This document shows positions 45,798-55,326 of a DNA stretch of 64,000 bases, one piece after another. Below the pieces are notes generated by a model that saw only the letters and a list, made by a program, of their open reading frames with translations, searched no databases and was not told the origin of the DNA. The translations under genes were made by a program, and so were the position numbers. This stretch comes from a virus, in the IMG/VR virus record IMGVR_UViG_3300045988_118131; one strand, written 5' to 3'. Each line of letters begins with the position of its first letter. The stretch's first letter is position 1.

Positions 45798-46823
45798 ATG
45801 AAAATAGCTGAACAACTTAATGACACACTTCGCAGACTCTGGGAAGATTGCAAAGTAAAGAAATTAAATGAAATAGTAAAGGGAATAGAAGGTATTTCTA
45901 ATGAACAAGTACTTTCTGTTTTACAAGGAGAAAAGAATTTTTATGATACTGATGATGGAGGATTATTGTTGGAAAACTCTACTCCAGAAGAACATCTTAG
46001 TATTGAGTCGGTACTGAATAATTTTAAATATCAGTATGAAGATCTCACATCTAGAATAGTATCCTATAGTTTTGGTATGCGTGAAAACTATAATGAAGAT
46101 GATTATGAAGGATTCTTGCATTACTGGAGACTGTTAAATAACTATACTGGATCTCTTACAAGGTTACAGGAAAATTATAAAGAATTTGTTGAACTAACTG
46201 GAATAGACGAAATTCAACCCAAAGAAATATTAAAGGAAGTTTATAATGAACTTAAAGAAGACGAAGACGAAGGCTCCTATAAAAATGTGAACGATTATTG
46301 GTTACATACTCTTAATTTTAGCCATTTACATGTTAAGAATCTACTAGTACTAGAAAAAAATTATTCAGCACTGGAGATTATGAAAGTAACAGGTTCTAAC
46401 GGTATGGACTTACTTCTGAAATATAAACAAGCTCAGAGAGAAGCTGACGAAGCTAGAGGTAACAAAATATTTTCAGAGGATATAATGAACTGTATATGGA
46501 ATAGTGGATGGCTCTCTCCATCTGGAGAATTTTATGGATGTCCAGACTTAAGTCATGTAGAATTCACTAAAAAATTAGTAGAATGTTTAAACATAAGCGA
46601 TGTTTGTGATAATAACTATGATAGAGCTTTGGAATTAGATGGATGGATTAAATTTTCTTCAGGCAGATGGTTATACATGGAAGAAGATTTTAAACCATCT
46701 AAAGCTCAACTGCAAATTATATTCAAATGGGCGCATGATAAAGCTGATGATTTTAGAGTATATCTAGGAGACGAGTTTGTTAACTTAGATGTACTTCAAT
46801 GTAAAATTAATTCTACAGAATAA
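45798..46823 (+). CDS. hypothetical protein
   Basis: ORF track. Clean 341-aa ORF. Confidence 0.55.
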   Translation: MKIAEQLNDTLRRLWEDCKVKKLNEIVKGIEGISNEQVLSVLQGEKNFYDTDDGGLLLENSTPEEHLSIESVLNNFKYQYEDLTSRIVSYSFGMRENYNEDDYEGFLHYWRLLNNYTGSLTRLQENYKEFVELTGIDEIQPKEILKEVYNELKEDEDEGSYKNVNDYWLHTLNFSHLHVKNLLVLEKNYSALEIMKVTGSNGMDLLLKYKQAQREADEARGNKIFSEDIMNCIWNSGWLSPSGEFYGCPDLSHVEFTKKLVECLNISDVCDNNYDRALELDGWIKFSSGRWLYMEEDFKPSKAQLQIIFKWAHDKADDFRVYLGDEFVNLDVLQCKINSTE

Positions 46824-47005
46824 TGATTGAGGATTCTATTTTGGAAGAAGCTATAAACTGGTTAGAATCACTAGAACGTGAAGCATGGCATGAAGTTTAT
46901 AGGATTGATAAGGATAATTTTGAAGATGCTTATCTAGAATATAAATCAAAAGCAGCTATAATAAGTAATTATATAAATTGTATTAAAGAGGAAATATATG
47001 GATAA
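46823..47005 (+). CDS. hypothetical protein
   Basis: ORF track. Confidence 0.4.
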   Translation: MIEDSILEEAINWLESLEREAWHEVYRIDKDNFEDAYLEYKSKAAIISNYINCIKEEIYG

Positions 47006-47357
47006 GAGTTTAGATTTTCATAAGTTAAGAAAGCCTTTCTATTTAGATAACGACACTTTACTTGTTAGAACTCCTTCTGCAAAACATATGAATACTAGTC
47101 ATGCGGAATGGTTTAGTTCAGAGGGAATTCCATACTTACATACCGTTAGAGGATACTACATGCCTTCTTATGATGGAAGTGAAGAATATTTAATGATATA
47201 TTCCAACGACTTTGAAATACCTAATATCATTTGTAATATATTCATCTATTTATTCGATTATTTTCCTAATGTCAAATGGATAGGTGTTGGGTGTAATAAG
47301 GGTAAGATTGGAGAAATTTGGTTGCCAAAATTAAAAATTTATAGAGACAATGTCTAA
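46998..47357 (+). CDS. hypothetical protein
   Basis: ORF track. Confidence 0.5.
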   Translation: MDKSLDFHKLRKPFYLDNDTLLVRTPSAKHMNTSHAEWFSSEGIPYLHTVRGYYMPSYDGSEEYLMIYSNDFEIPNIICNIFIYLFDYFPNVKWIGVGCNKGKIGEIWLPKLKIYRDNV

Positions 47358-47640
47358 TAGCTTTTCTGAATGGTTAGAGAGTAATTATAATAAAGAAGAA
47401 TTATTAGGGGATGTGCAGGAACTGCGTCTTAATAACTGTGTATATGCAGATAATGACGAGTTTGAAAGAGGAGAATGGAGTACTTGGGATGAGTACATAG
47501 ACGAAGTGGCAGGCGCTAGTTTTGGTTATTCAGAAATATTTGAAGAATTAATTGACGTATATAAAGAGCAAGGCGGAGAGGTAATTGATGATTTAAGTTC
47601 GCTATACTGTGACTTTATAGACTTTTTGACCTTAATATAA
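47350..47640 (+). CDS. hypothetical acidic protein
   Basis: ORF track. Confidence 0.45.
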   Translation: MSNSFSEWLESNYNKEELLGDVQELRLNNCVYADNDEFERGEWSTWDEYIDEVAGASFGYSEIFEELIDVYKEQGGEVIDDLSSLYCDFIDFLTLI

Positions 47641-47819
47641 TGGAAATATTTTTAATTTTATTGTTAGCGATATTTATAGTTCCTCTATGCTATCTAAAGG
47701 GAATAAAGAAGGGCATAGATTCTGTAACGTGGGATCTATACATTAATAAAAAATTATCGGAGGAAGATATAAGTAAATATAAGGAAGATACTTACATAAT
47801 GACCACTTTTATTAAATAA
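47640..47819 (+). CDS. small membrane protein (59 aa)
   Basis: ATG 47640 overlaps the upstream TAA; TAA at 47817-47819. TM segment MEIFLILLLAIFIVPLCYL. Confidence 0.4.
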   Translation: MEIFLILLLAIFIVPLCYLKGIKKGIDSVTWDLYINKKLSEEDISKYKEDTYIMTTFIK

Positions 47820-47827
47820 ATTTATAA

Positions 47828-49404
47828 TTGATCTACTTAGTAAGTAATCAAGCTGAGTTGTTTAAATCTGACAGGTATTCTAAAATTTCTGTAGAAAAAT
47901 CTTTAGAAATTATGGATTCCTGGAAGGTTGTACAACTAGATACTGAAACCGAAGGATTAGACGTATATACTAAGAGATTATTAACCGTGCAGTTTGGTAC
48001 AAGGGATATTCAAATAGTTGTAGATTGTACTAGTGTAGATATTTTACAGTATAAATCTTTCTTAGAATCCAATAGAGTGTTTCTGGGGTGGAACTTACTG
48101 TTTGACCTCAAATTCTTATATCATCATAATATATATCCTAATAATATATATGACGGTATGTTAGCTGAGAAGCTAATTTGGTTGGGATATCCTGCAGGTA
48201 TGAAGGGTATGAGCTTGAAAGATACTGCTTTTAGATATTTAGGCATAGACATAGACAAAACCATTCGAGGTAAAATTAACCAAACTGGATTAACTGAAGA
48301 TGTTATTGTTTATGCTGCAGGAGATGTTCAACCCCTAGAAGACATTAAAGATGCTCAAGAAAAGGAAATACAAGCTCAAGAATTAGAAACTGCTGTATCA
48401 TTCGAAAACGAATTTGTAAAATGCTTAGCTTATATTGAGTATTGTGGTGTTAGATTAGATGTTCCCAGATGGAAGGCTAAAATGGAGAATGATTTAGAGA
48501 GATTAAATAAAGCCGAAAAAGCCTTAAATGATTGGGTAGTAAGCTATTATAAAGAACATTTACATGATCCTGATTCTACTAATACCTTAGAAGTTGAAGT
48601 AGATTTTTGTTTAGAGGAAAGAGTAGGCTCTAAAGTAATAAAACATGCTATAGAGTATAAAACATATACTCCAATAGAAGCTCCTAGAACAATAACTGGA
48701 CCTGATTGTGTATCATATTTGAAGCAGAAACTTAAGGTAGTATTCCCTTTTGTCAAAATAAATCTTCAGGGAGACTTATTTTCCGGATTTGATACAGAAC
48801 CTAAGTGTTGTATAAATTGGTCTAGCTCTAAGCAGGTTATTCCCTTGTTTGAACTACTAGGATTTAATCTTATAACATTTGATAAGGTTACTAAGAAGAA
48901 AAAGAAGTCTGTAGATGCTAAGATTATTAAGGCACAGTTAGATGTGTCCCCAATAGCAGCATTATATTTAGACTATCAAGGTGCTTCAAAAGTGGTATCC
49001 ACATATGGACAAAATTGGTTAAATGCAATTAACCCTGTTACTGGTAGAATTCACGCTAATTTTTATCAGTTAGGAGCAGACACAGCTAGATTGTCCTGCG
49101 GAGGTGGTACTGCTAATGTCAACGTTCAAAACTTACCGCACGATCCAGAAACTAGAGCGTGTTTTATTCCAGAAGATGGTAACGATTGGATCTCTGCGGA
49201 TTATCAAGGTCAGGAAAGTCGCATTATTGCATCAGTTTCCAATGATACAGCTATGTTAGACCTGTTTATTAACGGTTGTGGAGATGTCCATTCTCTAGTA
49301 GCTAAAATGGCATACTCACATGTAATTGGAGATACTCCCATCGAGGAAATTAAAGAAAAATTTCCTCAGTATCGTCAAGAAGCTAAAGGAATTGAGTTCG
49401 CAGT
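47828..49404 (+). CDS. polA: family A DNA polymerase with 3'-5' exonuclease domain, exon 1
   Basis: Exo I VQLDTETEGL, Exo II GWNLLFDLKFL, Exo III YAAGDV, pol motif A ISADYQGQESRIIA, and the first half of motif B RQEAKGIEFA. TTG start in the track. Confidence 0.8.
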
Positions 49405-49474
49405 GAGCCTACTTATTTAACATTAATTAACATAAATTTGCCATAAAACAATTCGCAATTAATCAAAAATTTAT

Positions 49475-49482
49475 TATCTTTG
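49475..49482 (+). promoter_or_regulatory. -7 promoter box (TATCTTTG) inside the intron, upstream of the homing endonuclease ORF
   Basis: Matches TAnnTTTG, 23 nt upstream of ATG 49505. Confidence 0.4.
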
Positions 49483-49504
49483 TGCGTAATTTAAAAATAT
49501 AATT

Positions 49505-50326
49505 ATGAACGAGAGAGAATTGGAAATTGCAGAATTGTATAAACAAGGCGTGTCCTTAAAAGAAATTTGTGCTAAGCATCATTGTAGCACAAATACAATT
49601 AGTAAGATAATAGATAAATTTAACATACCTAGGAGAACTAAAAGAAAGTCTAATAAAGATTTTAGTAAATTTTTTGATTTAAATGCAAAAGAAACTCAAT
49701 ATTGGATTGGATACATCTGTGCTGACGGAAGTATTCAATACGATGAGAAAAATAGGGTATATAAGGTATCTTTACATAGTAAAGAAGAAGAGCCTATAAA
49801 CAATTTCATAAAATATTTTGGCGAAGATACAGTCAGTCTACATAAACGTAAAACTGGAATATTAGAAGCATATATAAATTCCAAAGAACTTTGCGAATAT
49901 TTTATCAATATTTTAAATATTACTCCTAGAAAATCTTTGACATTAAATCCTAATATAGAATTTACTACTAATTTTATCTTGGGCTATTTTGATGGGGATG
50001 GATGTATCAGAAACAGTTCTGATACTCAAACTAGATATGAGTGTAATATAACCTGTGGAAATAGAGAATTTTTAGAAAAAATTAAATCTATACTAGACTC
50101 TGAAGGTATTTACTCTATTATATACAAACATACTGATTGTGACGCTTATAAAATAAGAATTGATAGAAAAGAAGAATCTAGAAAATTTTATAAGTTCCTT
50201 TATAAGGATAAAGTAGTATGTTTATCTAGAAAGTTAAATAATTTTGCTGCCCTCTTTGGAAACTTAGAGGATACATCATCGAGTGAATTGCTGGAATCTG
50301 TAGGAGAATCAGCAGCCAAGCATTAA
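49505..50326 (+). CDS. LAGLIDADG homing endonuclease with an N-terminal HTH
   Basis: WIGYICADGSI and ILGYFDGDGCI. HTH-like VSLKEICAKHHCSTNTISKII. Confidence 0.85.
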   Translation: MNERELEIAELYKQGVSLKEICAKHHCSTNTISKIIDKFNIPRRTKRKSNKDFSKFFDLNAKETQYWIGYICADGSIQYDEKNRVYKVSLHSKEEEPINNFIKYFGEDTVSLHKRKTGILEAYINSKELCEYFINILNITPRKSLTLNPNIEFTTNFILGYFDGDGCIRNSSDTQTRYECNITCGNREFLEKIKSILDSEGIYSIIYKHTDCDAYKIRIDRKEESRKFYKFLYKDKVVCLSRKLNNFAALFGNLEDTSSSELLESVGESAAKH

Positions 50327-50498
50327 AACTAAAAAGTTAATGAAGGTTCAACGACTAACGATTGACACTTCTTTGAAGAATATAATATCGACACGAGCGC
50401 TCGACACCTAAATCTTTTACAGACATGGTGAAGATATAGTCTAGCCTATATGGTAACATATAGAGTCTCGGATAAAGAGCCGAGAGTTAATACAAGCG

Positions 50499-51111
50499 AA
50501 ATTACGGAGGAGACGCTAATACTATTATGAACAATAAAGGTATTCCTCTTTCAGAAGCTAAGGCTATTTATGAGAACTTTATGAAAGGTTTTCCTGGAGT
50601 AGCTAAATATCAAGACTATTGTAGAAGAGAAGTCATGAGGAAAGGATATATTCTATTAAATCCAGTCACCAAACACAGAGCACATATTTATGACTTTGAG
50701 GAATTAGATAGAATACAGAAAAAGTTCAATGATCCAGAATTTTGGGATTACTACAGAGAAATGAAGAAATACGATCCTAGTTGTGAAACTGTAAAGGATG
50801 TACAAAATTATTTTAGAAGAAAATCAGCCTCTGAAAAACAATCTATTAATTATAGAATTCAAAATAGAGGAGCTATGATGTTTAAACTGGCTTCAATAAA
50901 GCTCTTCAACTATTTGAAGAAGAATAATCTACTAGGAGTTGTAAAGTATTGTATTCCAGTCCATGACGAGATCAACTTAGAGTGTCCTAAAGCAATGTCA
51001 GAGGAAATATCTAAGATATTAGTAAAATGTATGGAACAAGGAGCAAAACCATTTTGCACTAGACTTCCTTTAGGAGCAGATGTGTCAGTAGGAGAACATT
51101 GGATTCATTAA
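50499..51111 (+). CDS. polA: family A DNA polymerase, exon 2
   Basis: The frame is open from 50491. NYGG completes motif B. Motif C is IPVHDEINLE. Confidence 0.8.
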
Positions 51112-51117
51112 CCATTT

Positions 51118-51155
51118 AAAAGAAGATTCCGAATTAAATTGGAGATTCTTCTTTT
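51118..51155 (+). terminator. rho-independent terminator
   Basis: AAAAGAAGA..TCC / GGA..TCTTCTTTT form an imperfect hairpin ending in a T-rich run, directly after the polymerase stop. Confidence 0.55.
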
Positions 51156-51170
51156 AGATGGTCTAACTTT

Positions 51171-51515
51171 ATGAACGAGAAAAAAATTGACTATACAGAA
51201 TATGGAGAAGATTGGGTTAATATGATACTCGATCTTAGATTAGCTTTAGATAATGTTAAAACTAAGTATCCTCACTTTGTATTTTACGCTTGGAATATAT
51301 CAAAAGGTGAGGAAGATGGAGTTGCAGCTGGAGCAGAATGGGTAGGAGATGATATTTATGGGTTAATAGAGTCTTTCTTTCTTGTCTTTAATAAGGATAA
51401 AAGATTAATTCCAATAATAGCTGCTAGTATGAATAAATATATAGAAACTCATTCAAAAGAAGATAGAGATAAATATAGAGGAGCTTTGGCTAAAATATTA
51501 AAAATAAATGAATAA
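51171..51515 (+). CDS. hypothetical protein
   Basis: ORF track. Confidence 0.5.
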   Translation: MNEKKIDYTEYGEDWVNMILDLRLALDNVKTKYPHFVFYAWNISKGEEDGVAAGAEWVGDDIYGLIESFFLVFNKDKRLIPIIAASMNKYIETHSKEDRDKYRGALAKILKINE

Positions 51516-51963
51516 AGTATTATCTTACGAGGGATTTTATAAGTGGCATCTAATTAAAACTTCACCTTCGTATAATTCCTATACCTTATATAAAGTGTGT
51601 TCATCTACTGGAGCCTTTTTTGCACTTACTTATATAAGTAATATAGAATTAAAACACCTTAACGATAGTTCTATTACTTATAGAAATTTAATTGTTTTTA
51701 AATCAGGAAGTCCCTGGGATATGTGGGCAACAAATGAGGAAAAAATTCATGACAACCTTGTTATAGCTCCTTTAGAAGAACATGACTTAGGAAAGATTAA
51801 GGCAGCCATAAAGTTTATACGATTAAAAATAACCTCGGAAAAGGGATATAATAAAGATTATTGGTATTCGGTTGTTGAAGATTATTTAGACTCTCTAGAT
51901 GAACTAGAAAATAAGTTCAAAGTAAAACAAACTCTTAATCTATTTTGTCGTGAAATTAATTAA
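51508..51963 (+). CDS. hypothetical protein
   Basis: ORF track. Confidence 0.5.
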   Translation: MNKVLSYEGFYKWHLIKTSPSYNSYTLYKVCSSTGAFFALTYISNIELKHLNDSSITYRNLIVFKSGSPWDMWATNEEKIHDNLVIAPLEEHDLGKIKAAIKFIRLKITSEKGYNKDYWYSVVEDYLDSLDELENKFKVKQTLNLFCREIN

Positions 51964-52426
51964 ACCTAAATTCGAAATCTTAGAGCAGCGACCAGGTATA
52001 TCTGGTATTTATAGAATGATAGAGCTAGCTGGGAGGACTTGCTACCGTTCAGAAGATAAGATTACTCCAGATTCAGCAGTAGCTTTCGTAGATAGGATGA
52101 TTAAATCAGGTCATGGAGCTATGCTAGAACATGGTACTGTATATTTAATTATACCATTTGAGTATATTGATATATCTGAGAAATTTGATATTCCTATTGT
52201 ATCAAATATTGTTAAAAAGTATCAGAATAATCCATACACTAAATGGCGTCTAAGAGATGATGGATTTAGTCAACTAGCATTTATAACTACTAATCTAAGA
52301 GTTCTAGTAGAAAATAATTGGATGGATGATTTACAATATGTTTGTGAACCTACAGAGTATCATGAAAAAAGAATTACTGTTAGGCTTACCTGTGACAGAG
52401 GAGTATCCCATGAATTTGTAAGGCAT
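51950..52426 (+). CDS. thyX: flavin-dependent thymidylate synthase ThyX, exon 1
   Basis: AGRTCYRS, GHGAMLEHG, and SHEFVRH (the first two residues of the RHR signature). GTG start. Confidence 0.8.
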
Positions 52427-53435
52427 AAAATTATACTTTGTGTCGCCTAATGGTAACATTAGGGCAATAACCCAGTGAATTGCTGGAAAGCTAAAATTCA
52501 ATGTTTATTAATAAAATTTGATAGAATCATGCTAATCAGCAGCCAAGCCAACCTTTAACAAAGTTGGAAGGTTCAGAGACTAATAGTATTATATAGTAAG
52601 AACAAGCTAAATGTTTGATTATGACTAAAGAAGAAAAAGCAACGTTAATTGGATTAGTGCTAGGTGATGGTCACTTAGCGTGTAGTAAGTATAAAAATTG
52701 CAATGCTTTCCACCAAGAGTTTTCTTTAATCCATTCTATAGAACAAAGAGAATATCTTGAATGGAAGGTTAATTTAATACATTCCATTTTAGGAGGACAT
52801 AAGCCGTCTATTATAGAGTTTAATAATAATGGATACAAAGGTGTTAAAGCTATGAAGTCTCATAGATATTTTAGGGTTTTATATAAATATTTATACAAAA
52901 ATGGAATTAAAACAATCCCATTAAAAGCCCTTAATAGATTAACTCCTCTGGCTATTGCTATATGGTGGATGGATGATGGCTCTCTATGTAAGAAAGTTAG
53001 AAATGGTAAAGTTCACGCATGGGAATTATATCTAAATACCTATTTGAGTAAGGAAGAAAATCAAACTATAATTGATTACTTTCAAAGTAAATGGAATGTT
53101 AAATGGAATCTTAATTTGAGTAAAGGTAAATACAGATTAAGATGTTCTACAAGAGAAGGTAGAAAATTTCTAAGTATTATAAGACCTATTGTATCTCAAA
53201 TTAAGTGTATGCAATATAAATGCTTGGAAATCTAACTAACAGTTGAAACTATGAATTATATAGAAGAATATAAAAAATGTATCAATGATTTTGATTATTG
53301 GTTAAAACATTATGTTAGGTTTATAGAATATAATACTGACACGAGTGCTGGGCATTCTGTAAAGGATGATGATATAGTCCGATACTCCTTTGAAAAGAGG
53401 AGAGTTAAGGATAAAGAGCCTTAACACAACGATTG
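52427..53435 (+). mobile_element. group I intron with a LAGLIDADG homing endonuclease, inserted in the ThyX RHR motif
   Basis: 5' splice site after T52426 and terminal G53435. Splicing gives EFVRH|RVFSFAQESTRY, which restores RHRxxSxxxxSxR. Core elements: AGTGAATTGCTGGAA, CAGCAGCCAAGC, GGTTCAGAGACTAA, GATATAGTCC, a GAAA-capped hairpin, and the GTTAAGG-ATAAAGAG-CCTTAAC hairpin. Confidence 0.75.
52615..53235 (+). CDS. LAGLIDADG homing endonuclease
   Basis: LIGLVLGDGHL and AIWWMDDGSL. The track start is TTG 52615; the first ATG is at 52621. Confidence 0.85.
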   Translation: MIMTKEEKATLIGLVLGDGHLACSKYKNCNAFHQEFSLIHSIEQREYLEWKVNLIHSILGGHKPSIIEFNNNGYKGVKAMKSHRYFRVLYKYLYKNGIKTIPLKALNRLTPLAIAIWWMDDGSLCKKVRNGKVHAWELYLNTYLSKEENQTIIDYFQSKWNVKWNLNLSKGKYRLRCSTREGRKFLSIIRPIVSQIKCMQYKCLEI

Positions 53436-53798
53436 AGAGTATTCAGTTTTGCTCAAGAAAGCACAAGATATTGTAATTATATCAAAAGCAAATTTGGAGG
53501 TTCTGTAACTTTTATAACTCCACCTTGGCTCAAGCAAGAGGATGAATTAGAATTTGAAGAAGATATGCAGGTCATAGAGAATCTATACTTCAAGTGGCTC
53601 AATAAAGGATGGACTGCTCAACAGGCTAGAGGTTTTTTGTGTAACTTCTTGAAGACTGAATTAGTTATGACTGGTACTATTGAGCAGTGGGAAGGATTCT
53701 TTAAGCTTAGGGATGCCAAAGATGCACATCCGCAGGCTAGAGAATTAGCACAGCCATTACATGAAGAATTTATTAAAAAAGGGTTAATTAAAGTATAA
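53436..53798 (+). CDS. thyX: flavin-dependent thymidylate synthase ThyX, exon 2
   Basis: RVFSFAQESTRYCNY completes the ThyX signature. The frame is open from 53415. Confidence 0.8.
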   Translation, partial: RVFSFAQESTRYCNYIKSKFGGSVTFITPPWLKQEDELEFEEDMQVIENLYFKWLNKGWTAQQARGFLCNFLKTELVMTGTIEQWEGFFKLRDAKDAHPQARELAQPLHEEFIKKGLIKV

Positions 53799-53801
53799 AC
53801 T

Positions 53802-54320
53802 ATGAATATAAAAGAAGCGATAGATCATTGCCAAGAGGTTATAGCTAATACCAATAATACCTCTTGTCAATTAGATCACAGACAGTTAATAGATTGGCTC
53901 ACAGAGCTACATAACCTAAAAAATCCTGAAAAAATGTACAATATAGGATTTACATTAGGAGATGTTAAAGGGCTAAGGGATCACATTACTTTAGAAGAAC
54001 ATATACAATGTAATTATTCAGTATCGGAAATAACGGAGGCTTACAGGAATGCTTGTAAGAAACTTGATTTTGATATTATAAAATTCTCTCATTCTAATTG
54101 CTGCATTAATATAGATACAGTTAAGAGACTAATACACTTCGGAGTAATAGATCCAGAATATGAGGAAGACGGAATTTACTGTTTGGAGGATTCATTTGAT
54201 TTCATAAATACATTTTTTAGAATTGTTAAAATAGAACTTCCTGATATTGAATGGTCTTATAGAGACTTTAATGAAGATTGGCTAGAAATTTTACACGGTG
54301 CTGCCAATGCAATTTTATAA
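53802..54320 (+). CDS. hypothetical protein
   Basis: ORF track. Confidence 0.5.
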   Translation: MNIKEAIDHCQEVIANTNNTSCQLDHRQLIDWLTELHNLKNPEKMYNIGFTLGDVKGLRDHITLEEHIQCNYSVSEITEAYRNACKKLDFDIIKFSHSNCCINIDTVKRLIHFGVIDPEYEEDGIYCLEDSFDFINTFFRIVKIELPDIEWSYRDFNEDWLEILHGAANAIL

Positions 54321-54332
54321 AATAAAGTAAAT

Positions 54333-54659
54333 ATGAAATACAATGTATTAATTCAAGATTTTAATTCTAGAAAATTTGTTCCTTATGATATTTTTCCATA
54401 TTTACATAGGCAATATAATAAGAGGGAACAGAAACCTCTAACTCTTCAAGAGTATAAAGATTTTATACTCTCGGAAGCTAGATATCAATGGTGGGCTAGA
54501 TGTGAGTATGAAATTATAGTATCAGGTTGGCCCAACATAACTAATAGTAAAAAAATAGACGTTTATGATCAAATAGAGTTAAACATAGACGCTATTACTA
54601 CCTTATTTATGGAATATGTGGACATTAATAAAACAAACATTGGAAGCGATACAGAATAA
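54333..54659 (+). CDS. hypothetical protein
   Basis: ORF track. Confidence 0.5.
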   Translation: MKYNVLIQDFNSRKFVPYDIFPYLHRQYNKREQKPLTLQEYKDFILSEARYQWWARCEYEIIVSGWPNITNSKKIDVYDQIELNIDAITTLFMEYVDINKTNIGSDTE

Positions 54660-54789
54660 ATGGTTCTGTATGCACGAATGGAAACTTTGGAGAGCTGTAC
54701 ATGTAAAAACAGATATTGGCTCTACATATGATGTTTACCATTTTTATTGTATTAAGTGTGGAAAATTTAAGAAAATAAAATCATATTAA
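54616..54789 (+). CDS. small protein (57 aa) with a CxxC pair
   Basis: ATG 54616 to TAA 54787-54789, below the track cutoff. Confidence 0.3.
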   Translation: MWTLIKQTLEAIQNKWFCMHEWKLWRAVHVKTDIGSTYDVYHFYCIKCGKFKKIKSY

Positions 54790-54791
54790 GT

Positions 54792-54965
54792 ATGTATGTA
54801 GTAGTACAATGGCCTGAAATTCAGGAAATTATGACAATAGAAGGTTTTGACGAGCATTCTTATCTTATTAACGATGAGAAAGGTATGGAAGATTTCGGAA
54901 GTTCTGCATATTTTGTAGACTATGATTGGTTAATTTGTGCAACAGATGGAATACAAATTAACTAA
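54792..54965 (+). CDS. small protein (57 aa)
   Basis: ATG 54792 to TAA 54963-54965. Confidence 0.3.
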   Translation: MYVVVQWPEIQEIMTIEGFDEHSYLINDEKGMEDFGSSAYFVDYDWLICATDGIQIN

Positions 54966-55149
54966 TACAGAACGTCTAGCTGCTAATAAGTTTCAGCTTA
55001 AACATGAGTTTTGTAAAAGCGAGTTTCTTTCTGCTGTAGGAGGTAGATTTTCATATATAGTCACTCCTACAGGTTTGGGAAATGTGGTTGAAATAAAATG
55101 TAATTATTGTAATTGTAAAGAAAACATAACAGACTTTAGCACTTGGTAA
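54946..55149 (+). CDS. small Cys-containing protein
   Basis: ORF track 54937..55149 (GTG). ATG 54946 is preferred. C-terminal CNYCNC. Confidence 0.4.
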   Translation: MEYKLTNTERLAANKFQLKHEFCKSEFLSAVGGRFSYIVTPTGLGNVVEIKCNYCNCKENITDFSTW

Positions 55150-55152
55150 AAT

Positions 55153-55326
55153 ATGGCTATATTAAGTATAGAAACTAGGGAAAAGTACTCTATGGAAATA
55201 GAGGAAGAGTTATACAATAAATACCTTAATGGCGAACTTACAGAGGAAGAGGTATTGGATGAGGTAAGAGATGAAATTTGGGATTGCAACCAATGGGCAG
55301 ATGTTGAGAAAATTAGTATAAAATAA
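55153..55326 (+). CDS. small acidic protein (57 aa)
   Basis: ATG 55153 to TAA 55324-55326. The track covers this gap only with a minus-strand shadow ORF. Confidence 0.35.
   Translation: MAILSIETREKYSMEIEEELYNKYLNGELTEEEVLDEVRDEIWDCNQWADVEKISIK

Larger units (their letters stand above)
49405..50498 (+). mobile_element. group I intron with a LAGLIDADG homing endonuclease, inserted in pol motif B
   Basis: 5' splice site after T49404 and terminal G50498. Splicing gives GCA GT|A AAT TAC GGA, i.e. AKGIEFAVNYGG (K x3 F x3 YG). Core elements: AGTGAATTGCTGGAA, CAGCAGCCAAGC, GAAGATATAGTC, a GTAA-capped hairpin, and the TCTCGG-ATAAAGAG-CCGAGA hairpin. Confidence 0.75.

Noticed and set aside
49405-50498. 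Inteins, rather than introns, as the explanation for the split polA, thyX and ATPase genes.
   Set aside because: The inserts are not in frame with the host exons, because stops follow each exon 1 within 1-8 codons. They contain long non-coding stretches with ribozyme-like hairpins. The junctions obey the group I rules of U before the 5' splice site and G at the intron 3' end.
53251-53424. 57-codon ORF (MNYIEEYKKC...) downstream of the thyX-intron endonuclease.
   Set aside because: It runs through the conserved P7/P9-like RNA elements shared with the other two introns (GATATAGTCC, the GAAA hairpin and the ATAAAGAG hairpin). It is more likely structural RNA than coding sequence.
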